This document shows positions 15,585 through 25,154 of a stretch of DNA of 25,154 bases, in pieces (the stretch's first letter is position 1; each line of letters starts with the position of its first letter). Source of the stretch: a virus (taxonomy: Duplodnaviria > Heunggongvirae > Uroviricota > Caudoviricetes); the IMG/VR virus record IMGVR_UViG_2534681662_000015. The stretch is one strand, 5' to 3'. Position numbers and translations under genes: made by a program. A model generated the notes under the pieces. That model saw only the letters and a list, made by a program, of their open reading frames with translations, was not told where the DNA came from and did not search any database.

Positions 15585-15867
15585 TTTGAGAAAAGCAGCG
15601 CGTAGTCGGGAATGCCAGGTAAGAATCCCTGGCGTATGTAATGGCAACCCTGAAACGTCTGTACTGGCACATATCCGGCTGACTGGATTGTGCGGCACCG
15701 GTACCAAACCGCCAGACCTGATTGCCACCATTGCATGTTCTGCCTGCCACGACGAAATCGACCGCCGCACACATTTTGTCGATGCTGCATATGCAAAAGA
15801 ATGCGCGCTGGAAGGTATGGCGAGAACACAGGTTATCTGGCTGAAAGAGGGGGTTATTAAGGCGTGA
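15577..15867 (+). CDS. ybcO: YbcO-like protein (DUF1364, putative nuclease)
   Basis: 96-aa protein [37 protein letters not shown]… with conserved Cys/His; start overlaps ninE (ATG 15577); the ORF-track entry begins upstream at 15538. Confidence 0.8.
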   Translation: MADLRKAARSRECQVRIPGVCNGNPETSVLAHIRLTGLCGTGTKPPDLIATIACSACHDEIDRRTHFVDAAYAKECALEGMARTQVIWLKEGVIKA

Positions 15868-16226
15868 ATACCTACAGCATCACATTACCCTGGCCTCCGA
15901 GCAATAATCGCTATTACCGCCATAATCGCGGGCGCACGCACGTCAGCGCAGAGGGGCAGGCATACCGCGATAACGTCGCCCGAATCATTAAAAACGCAAT
16001 GCTGGATATCGGCCTGGCTATGCCTGTGAAAATCCGCATTGAGTGCCACATGCCGGATCGCCGTCGCCGTGACCTGGATAATCTGCAAAAAGCCGCTTTT
16101 GACGCACTCACTAAAGCAGGTTTCTGGCTGGATGATGCTCAGGTCGTTGATTACCGCGTTGTGAAGATGCCGGTTGTCAAAGGTGGAAAGCTGGAACTGA
16201 CCATCACTGAACTGGGAGATGAATGA
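15864..16226 (+). CDS. rusA: Holliday junction resolvase RusA
   Basis: 120-aa ORF recognised as RusA ([36 protein letters not shown]…[13 protein letters not shown]…). Confidence 0.9.
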   Translation: MNTYSITLPWPPSNNRYYRHNRGRTHVSAEGQAYRDNVARIIKNAMLDIGLAMPVKIRIECHMPDRRRRDLDNLQKAAFDALTKAGFWLDDAQVVDYRVVKMPVVKGGKLELTITELGDE

Positions 16227-16363
16227 TGTTTGAGTTTTATATGGCAGAACTTCTTCGCCACCGCTGGATGCGCCTGCGCTTATATCGTTTCCCCGGTTCT
16301 GTTTTGACCGATTACCGAATACTGAAGAATTACGCCAAAACACTGACAGGAGCAGGAGTATGA
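16223..16363 (+). CDS. ylcG: YlcG-like small protein (46 aa)
   Basis: Hand-translated [46 protein letters not shown]; ATGA overlap with the rusA stop. Confidence 0.55.
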   Translation: MMFEFYMAELLRHRWMRLRLYRFPGSVLTDYRILKNYAKTLTGAGV

Positions 16364-16448
16364 AGTCAGAGATAACAATCAACTAATACTGTTTTGTTGA
16401 TTTTTGCTTGTAATTGGCGTTCTGGTCTGATTTTTGTGGAGTAAGTTG

Positions 16449-16832
16449 ATGCGTGATATTCAGATGGTTCTTGAGCGTTGGGGAGCGTGGGCGGCTAATA
16501 ATCATGAAGATGTGACCTGGTCGTCCATTGCCGCCGGTTTTAAGGGATTAATTACTTCAAAAGTAAAATCTCGCCCGCAATGTTGTGACGATGACGCGAT
16601 GATTATTTGCGGGTGCATGGCCCGTCTGAAAAAGAACAACAGCGATTTGCACGATTTATTAGTAGATTATTATGTAGTCGGTATGACATTCATGTCACTG
16701 GCAGGTAAGTATTGCTGCTCTGATGGTTATATCGGGAAAAGGTTACAGAAGGCTGAGGGCATAATTGAAGGGATGTTAATGGCATTAGATATCCGGTTAG
16801 AGATGGATATCGTTGTTAATAACTCTAATTAA
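16449..16832 (+). CDS. quuD: Late-gene antiterminator Q (DLP12 QuuD-type, 127 aa)
   Basis: Protein [33 protein letters not shown]… with Cys-rich zinc-binding segment; last gene of the nin operon; the ORF-track entry begins at a TTG at 16434. Confidence 0.85.
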   Translation: MRDIQMVLERWGAWAANNHEDVTWSSIAAGFKGLITSKVKSRPQCCDDDAMIICGCMARLKKNNSDLHDLLVDYYVVGMTFMSLAGKYCCSDGYIGKRLQKAEGIIEGMLMALDIRLEMDIVVNNSN

Positions 16833-16844
16833 TATGCCAATTGT

Positions 16845-16884
16845 TTACTAAAAATTATTAAAAATGGGGCGTTGAGACGCCCCC
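16845..16884 (-). terminator. Intrinsic terminator for nmpC (minus strand)
   Basis: GGGGCGT-tgag-ACGCCCC hairpin followed on the minus strand by ATTTTTAATAATTTTT; two further hairpins (16950-16971 and 16972-17005) lie between it and the nmpC stop. Confidence 0.55.
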
Positions 16885-17020
16885 AAAAATAAAGGGTAAT
16901 ATATAACAGAAGGTTTATATAGTTAGAAGCAAGGTTGTGCTCCTAAAGGAAGTGGCTTGAGGGAGCCACTTATATGTTGGGGAGGCAAAGCCTCCCGCAA
17001 CATATCTTTTAGTAATCAAA

Positions 17021-18103
17021 TTAGAACTGGTAAACCATACCTACAGCAACGATATCATCGGTAGCAACGCCAGATGCTTTCGTGAAATCGCTCTTATCAA
17101 TCAGGTTGATTTTGTAATCAACAAAAGTGGACATATTTTTGTTGAAGTAATAGGTTGCACCTACATCAATATATTCAACCAGGTCCTGATCACCCCACGC
17201 ACCCAAGTCTTTTCCTTTAGATTGCAGGTAAGCAACGGACGGACGCAGACCGAAGTCGAACTGATATTGTGCAACTACTTCGAAGTTTTGTGCTTTGTTG
17301 GCAATATGGTTATTACCAAAAACAGTCATGTTCTGGGTTTCAGAATAGGTGGTAGCCAGATAGATGTTGTTCGCATCATATTTCAGACCAGCTGCCCATA
17401 CTTCAGCATTTTGACCAGATGCATTCAGGCTGTTGTTACCGTAGATAACCTGATTATTAGTGCGGTCAGATTTAGCATAGGTTGCACCTACACCGAATCC
17501 TTCATACTCATAAGTAGTGGAGAAACCGAAACCATCACCATTAGCTTCAGTTACGTCAGTGCGGTCATTTTTACCCTGATACTGAGCAGCAAAGTTCAGA
17601 CCATCAACCAGACCAAAGAAGTCATTGTTACGATAAGTTGCAACACCTGTGGTGCGACCAGTCATGAATACATCTGTTTGGGTCCAGGTATCGCCACCGA
17701 ATTCTGGCAGAACGTCGGTCCATGCACCAATATCGTATGCTACACCGTAGTTACGGCCATAATCGATGGAGCCGTAGTCACCGAATTTCAGGCCAGCGAA
17801 GGCAAGACGGGTTTTATCTTTGGAGGAACCTTGAGATTCAGCGCGGTTGCCTTTGAATTCATATTCCCACTGACCGAAACCAGTCAGTTGATCGTTGATT
17901 TGGGTTTCACCTTTGAAGCCAAGACGGGCATAAGTAGTATCACCATCATCTGCATCATTAGAGGAGAAGTAGTGCTTAGCATTAACTTTCCCGTACAGAT
18001 CCAGCTTGTTACTGTCTTTATTATAAATTTCAGCTGCCTGAGCAGACATCGCCATCAGTACTGATGCAGCTACAGCAGAAATTGCCACTGTTAATTTTTT
18101 CAT
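17021..18103 (-). CDS. nmpC: Outer-membrane porin NmpC/Lc-type (OmpC/OmpF family), prophage cargo
   Basis: 360-aa protein with signal peptide [23 protein letters not shown], porin body and C-terminal …VAVGMVYQF; the ORF-track entry starts 20 codons upstream. Confidence 0.9.
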   Translation of the reverse strand: MKKLTVAISAVAASVLMAMSAQAAEIYNKDSNKLDLYGKVNAKHYFSSNDADDGDTTYARLGFKGETQINDQLTGFGQWEYEFKGNRAESQGSSKDKTRLAFAGLKFGDYGSIDYGRNYGVAYDIGAWTDVLPEFGGDTWTQTDVFMTGRTTGVATYRNNDFFGLVDGLNFAAQYQGKNDRTDVTEANGDGFGFSTTYEYEGFGVGATYAKSDRTNNQVIYGNNSLNASGQNAEVWAAGLKYDANNIYLATTYSETQNMTVFGNNHIANKAQNFEVVAQYQFDFGLRPSVAYLQSKGKDLGAWGDQDLVEYIDVGATYYFNKNMSTFVDYKINLIDKSDFTKASGVATDDIVAVGMVYQF

Positions 18104-18530
18104 CGTGAGCCCTTTTTTTGAACTATTATTAAAAAATGATGTCACTGCGCGATAAATATTCATCTAATCAATGTGATTATTTCAAGATGTAAGTTTTGGT
18201 TTCTCATTTGATTTGTGAAGTAGATCTCTATTTTTATCTGAACTTTTTCTATCGAATCCTATTCATGGCTCTTGGCTGAATAAAAATAAATCTATTAGCC
18301 AATTTATATTAATGGCTGTTATTTATAAGTGCTCTATAATTTGAAGGTTCAATTTAAACCAGCTAAAAATAACGCTGGAAATTATTTGTTGGTTATTTGT
18401 TGAGATTTGCTTATGTATTTGTAGTGGTGTTTTCAATACTCGGTAGCATTCTCGCAAATATCATTTAGTGGTTTACGTACGTAAAAAATTGGTTATGCTG
18501 TTAAGAGTGGTTACTTCGTCACACAGCTTA

Positions 18531-18562
18531 AACCCGCCGTCGAGCGGGTTTTTCCATTTTTT
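18531..18562 (+). terminator. Intrinsic terminator upstream of the lysis cassette (candidate tR' of the late-promoter leader)
   Basis: AACCCGC-cgtcga-GCGGGTT followed by TTTCCATTTTTT; the late promoter itself could not be placed confidently by eye. Confidence 0.5.
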
Positions 18563-18690
18563 GAGTCTCGATATTAGCTGATAACCCAATACCTGAGTTA
18601 TTCACTGACTCCGAGTCTGTTACGTTTCTGCTTTTTTGCGATACGTTGTATTCCCTCAATTTACACCCGCTTTGTCTGCGAGGTGGGGTT

Positions 18691-18906
18691 ATGAAATCCA
18701 TGGATAAGTTAACAACGGGTGTCGCCTATGGCACCTCAGCAGGTAGTGCCGGTTACTGGTTTTTACAGCTGCTCGATAAAGTCACGCCCTCACAGTGGGC
18801 AGCAATAGGTGTGCTGGGTAGCTTGGTATTTGGCCTGCTGACGTACCTGACAAACCTTTATTTCAAGATTAAAGAAGATAAGCGCAAGGCTGCGAGAGGT
18901 GAATAA
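18691..18906 (+). CDS. essD: Pinholin (phage 21 S-type class II holin), dual-start MKSM motif
   Basis: 71-aa protein [71 protein letters not shown] with two TM segments; AGGTGGGG SD. Confidence 0.85.
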
Positions 18907-19403
18907 TGCCTCCATCATTACGAAAAGCCGTTGCTGCTGCTATTGGTGGCGGAGCAATTGCTATAGCATCAGTGTTAATCACTGGCCCAAGTGGTAACGA
19001 TGGTCTGGAAGGTGTCAGCTACATACCATACAAAGATATCGTTGGCGTATGGACTGTATGTCACGGGCATACAGGAAAAGACATCATTCCCGGTAAAACG
19101 TATACCGAAGCAGAATGCAAAGCCCTCCTGAATAAAGACCTTGCCACGGTAGCCAGACAAATTAACCCGTACATCAAAGTCGATATACCGGAAACAACGC
19201 GCGGCGCTCTTTACTCGTTCGTCTATAACGTGGGCGCAGGCAATTTCAGAACATCTACTCTTCTTCGCAAAATAAACCAGGGCGATATCAAGGGCGCATG
19301 TGACCAGCTACGTCGCTGGGCATACGCTGGCGGTAAGCAATGGAAAGGCCTGATGACTCGTCGTGAGATTGAGCGTGAGGTCTGTTTGTGGGGGCAACAA
19401 TGA
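18906..19403 (+). CDS. rrrD: SAR endolysin (lysozyme with N-terminal signal-anchor-release domain)
   Basis: 165-aa ORF; Gly/Ala-rich N-terminal SAR segment [18 protein letters not shown] followed by a lysozyme domain; overlaps the pinholin stop. Confidence 0.9.
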   Translation: MPPSLRKAVAAAIGGGAIAIASVLITGPSGNDGLEGVSYIPYKDIVGVWTVCHGHTGKDIIPGKTYTEAECKALLNKDLATVARQINPYIKVDIPETTRGALYSFVYNVGAGNFRTSTLLRKINQGDIKGACDQLRRWAYAGGKQWKGLMTRREIEREVCLWGQQ

Positions 19404-19867
19404 GCAGGGTAACCGCGATTATCTCCGCTCTGGTTATCTGCATCATCGTCTGCCTGTCATGGGCTGTTAATCATTACCGTGATAATGCAATCGCCTACAA
19501 AGAACAGCGCGATAACAAGGCCAGTGAACTGGAGAAGGCGAACGCCACCATTACTGACATGCAGCAGCGCCAGCGTGATGCTGATGCACTCGATGATAAA
19601 TACACGAAGGAGTTAGCTGATGCGAAAGCTGAAAATGATGCTCTTCGGCGCAAGCTTGATAATGGTGGTCGGGTGCTCGTCAAAGGAAAATGCCCTGTGC
19701 CATCCTCAGCCGAAACCTCCAGCGCCTCCGGCATGGGCAATGATGCCACCGTCGAACTCTCTCCAGTTGCTGGACGAAACGTTCTCGGTATCCGGGACGG
19801 AATTATCCGCGACCAAACAGCACTGAGAACGCTTCAGGAATACATCAGGACGCAATGCCTTCGATGA
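19400..19867 (+). CDS. rzpD: Spanin inner-membrane subunit (Rz)
   Basis: N-terminal TM segment ([18 protein letters not shown]) then coiled-coil-like charged region; ATGA overlap with the endolysin stop. Confidence 0.85.
   Translation: MSRVTAIISALVICIIVCLSWAVNHYRDNAIAYKEQRDNKASELEKANATITDMQQRQRDADALDDKYTKELADAKAENDALRRKLDNGGRVLVKGKCPVPSSAETSSASGMGNDATVELSPVAGRNVLGIRDGIIRDQTALRTLQEYIRTQCLR
19620..19826 (+). CDS. rzoD: Spanin outer-membrane lipoprotein subunit (Rz1), embedded in the +1 frame of Rz
   Basis: Lipobox LIMVVGC and proline-rich segment [16 protein letters not shown]; lies entirely within rzpD in another frame. Confidence 0.7.
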   Translation: MRKLKMMLFGASLIMVVGCSSKENALCHPQPKPPAPPAWAMMPPSNSLQLLDETFSVSGTELSATKQH

Positions 19868-20040
19868 TAGCGATAATTTTACTCATCATCCTTCACATCT
19901 GGCTCTGTAGACAGGGTGGTGCTCACTTCTGGAGTGAATCCAGATTAAACATCTCATTGCTGATGCTTGATATTGAGCATTTTGCGCGCGGTAAGGGGCT
20001 GCGTTGAGATAAGAACCAGTCATTACAAATACCAGGATTT

Positions 20041-20067
20041 AGCCTCGCATTCGCGGGGCTTTTTATT
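20041..20067 (+). terminator. Intrinsic terminator downstream of the lysis genes
   Basis: AGCCTCGC-attc-GCGGGGCT (8-bp stem with one G-U) followed by TTTTTATT. Confidence 0.5.
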
Positions 20068-20358
20068 GCCATTACAAAAGCCACTTCCTACAGAGTGGCT
20101 TTGATAATGGTTTATACCCTACACGGGATAACTTAACTGATATCCCTTTTAAAGGATAAAGGTATTCAAGCCTGACACATCATGCGCTGTATCGTCGCCG
20201 TATTCCCGTATTAACAGAGACCGTAGCCCGACGGGGAACTCCTTCTGCGCGAGTGTGCGGGAATAATCAAAAACGATGCACACCGGGGTTACCGGGTACA
20301 CATATTTCATCATGCCAGCGAGTCCGGTTCTGGCACGGAAGAAACCGGACGTTATGAT

Positions 20359-20769
20359 TTAGTGCGGAAATATTTGTGTAGTGTTCTGAATGTTCTCAGT
20401 AAAGAGTAATGAATTATCAAAGGTATAGTAATACCTTTTGTTTTCGTGGATATTTGTAATCCATCTGAAAACCCCTGCTGTAGCAAGATTTTTCCTGTAT
20501 TCGTAAAATGATAACTCTCCTGATTTGAATCCTTTTAAGGTGGCTTCTATAAGGCATTTATTTTTTGAAAATCTTACATTTACAACCTTACCCTGTCCTT
20601 TTATTAAAACCGTATTATCGTTTTCAAGAACAAGATGAATATTCTCTGTAGCTAAATAGTAAATGTAATGTGAGACATTGTGACGTTTTAGTTCAGAATA
20701 AAACCAGTGATAGTTTAAATTATTTCGCACTTTATCGAATATTTGTTTAAAAATGGCAACCTGAGCCAT
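20359..20769 (-). CDS. ybcV: YbcV-like protein (DUF1398; DLP12 putative envelope protein)
   Basis: Protein [58 protein letters not shown]… recognised as YbcV-like; the ORF-track entry starts 5 codons upstream. Confidence 0.75.
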   Translation of the reverse strand: MAQVAIFKQIFDKVRNNLNYHWFYSELKRHNVSHYIYYLATENIHLVLENDNTVLIKGQGKVVNVRFSKNKCLIEATLKGFKSGELSFYEYRKNLATAGVFRWITNIHENKRYYYTFDNSLLFTENIQNTTQIFPH

Positions 20770-20825
20770 TGTAGTACCTTCCATGTGATATGAGGGGCGT
20801 AGTCTGCACGATTATCTAAATTGCT

Positions 20826-21059
20826 TCAATCTGGTCTGATCTGTTTTCTGAGCAATTCAGTAATGTCACTCTTTTCTTTGTTTGCTTCAGGAGAAACTCT
20901 TTTTTCTGAGCACAGTCTCCGGCGGCAGGCTTCAATGACCCAGGCTGAGAAATTCCCGGACCCTTTTTGATCAAGAGCGATGTTAATTTGTTCAATCATT
21001 TGGTTAGGAAAGCGGATGTTGCGGATTGTTGTTCTGCGGGTTCTGTTCTTCGTTGACAT
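20826..21059 (-). CDS. ylcI: Ribbon-helix-helix-type small DNA-binding protein (YlcI/DUF3950-like)
   Basis: 77-aa ORF; TIRNIRFPNQMIEQINIALDQKGSGNFSAWVIEACRRRL fits a beta-strand-helix-helix (Arc/MetJ-like) pattern; located just left of cos as ylcI is in DLP12. Confidence 0.55.
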   Translation of the reverse strand: MSTKNRTRRTTIRNIRFPNQMIEQINIALDQKGSGNFSAWVIEACRRRLCSEKRVSPEANKEKSDITELLRKQIRPD

Positions 21060-21258
21060 GAGGTTGTCCCGTATTTAGTGTCGCTGATTTGTATTGTCTG
21101 AAGTTGTTTTTACGTTAAGTTGATGCAGATCAATTAATATGATACCTGCGTCATAATTGATTATTTGACGTGGTTTGATGGCGTAGATGCACGTTGTGAC
21201 ATGCAGATGATAATTATTATCATTTTGCGGGTCCTTTCCGGCGATCCGACAGGTTACG

Positions 21259-21270
21259 GGGCGGCGACCT
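21259..21270 (+). other. cosN cohesive-end site (GGGCGGCGACCT) with cosB terminase-binding region extending to ~21440
   Basis: Lambda right end …CGATCCGACAGGTTACG followed by the 12-nt cohesive end GGGCGGCGACCT and left-end sequence CGCGGGTTTTCGCTATTTATGAAAA… read directly. Confidence 0.85.
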
Positions 21271-21447
21271 CGCGGGTTTTCGCTATTTATGAAAAATTTC
21301 CGGTTTAAGGCGTTTCCGTTCTTCTTCGTCATAACTTAATGTTTTTATTTAAAATACCCTCTGAAAAGAAAGGAAACGACAGGTGCTGAAAGCGAGCTTT
21401 TTGGCCTCTGTCGTTTCCTTTCTCTGTTTTTGTCCGTGGAGTGAACA

Positions 21448-21967
21448 ATGGAAGTCAACAAAAAGCAGCTGGCTGACATTTTCGGTGCGAGTATCCGTAC
21501 CATTCAGAACTGGCAGGAACAGGGAATGCCCGTTCTGCGAGGCGGTGGCAAGGGTAATGAGGTGCTTTATGACTCTGCCGCCGTCATAAAATGGTATGCC
21601 AAAAGGGATGCTGAAATTGAGAACGAAAAGCTGCGCCGGGAGGTTGAAGAACTGCGGCAGGCCAGCGAGGCAGATCTCCAGCCAGGGACTATTGAGTACG
21701 AACGCCATCGACTTACGCGTGCGCAGGCCGACGCACAGGAACTGAAGAATGCCAGAGACTCCGCTGAAGTGGTGGAAACCGCATTCTGTACTTTCGTGCT
21801 GTCGCGGATCGCAGGTGAAATTGCCAGTATTCTCGACGGGATCCCCCTGTCGGTGCAGCGGCGTTTTCCGGAACTGGAAAACCGACATGTTGATTTCCTG
21901 AAACGGGATATCATCAAAGCCATGAACAAAGCAGCCGCGCTGGATGAACTGATACCGGGGTTGCTGA

Positions 21968-21993
<26 letters not shown>
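21448..21993 (+). CDS. nu1: Terminase small subunit Nu1
   Basis: 181-aa ORF recognised as lambda Nu1 (MEVNKKQLADIFGASIRTIQNWQEQGMPVLRGGGKGNEVLYDSAAVIKWYA…). Confidence 0.95.

Positions 21994-25154
<3,161 letters not shown>

Noticed and set aside
15213-16382. Several minus-strand ORFs (15213-15770, 15436-15774, 15885-16382)
   Set aside because: All are antisense to the tightly packed, translationally coupled ybcN-ninE-ybcO-rusA-ylcG operon.
17222-18064. 280-aa plus-strand ORF
   Set aside because: Entirely antisense to the well-supported nmpC porin gene; low-complexity product; no SD.
21075-21332. 85-aa minus-strand ORF
   Set aside because: Spans the cos site and the lambda right-end noncoding sequence; lambda has no gene here; low-complexity product.
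21349-21888. 179-aa minus-strand ORF
   Set aside because: Antisense to nu1; no independent support.

Overview
The window is the left junction and first ~24 kb of a mosaic, almost certainly defective, lambdoid prophage at the E. coli lambda attachment site. All identifications are by reading the sequence and recognising protein families from memory; no database search was run. Order: host ybhC (1-1284, -), attL core GCTTTTTTATACTAA (1331-1345), lambda-type int/xis, an AT-rich opposite-strand cargo gene for a ~200-aa membrane protein, a TraR/DksA-like zinc-finger gene, small orf61/63/60a-like genes, and exo-bet-gam. The immunity region is non-lambda: a CI-like HTH/S24 repressor, a YdaS-like Cro analog and a YdaT-like CII analog, with no N gene. 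Replication is a hybrid O (non-lambda iterons, lambda-like C-terminus) plus lambda P and ren. A DLP12-like nin region follows, carrying emrE, the large serine recombinase ybcK, a 107-aa unknown ORF and a 260-aa HNH-motif protein, then ybcN-ninE-ybcO-rusA-ylcG-quuD. After that come an intact nmpC-type porin gene (-), the pinholin/SAR-endolysin/Rz-Rz1 lysis cassette, ybcV and an RHH gene, lambda cos, nu1, A, W, and a portal gene that fuses in frame after ~211 codons to the 3' part of a lom-family gene, implying loss of the head and tail genes. The most interesting loci are the two AT-rich cargo genes (HNH protein at 13984-14766, membrane protein at 3135-3737) as candidate phage-exclusion functions, and the N-less early region with an rrn-like boxA and a palindromic PL leader.
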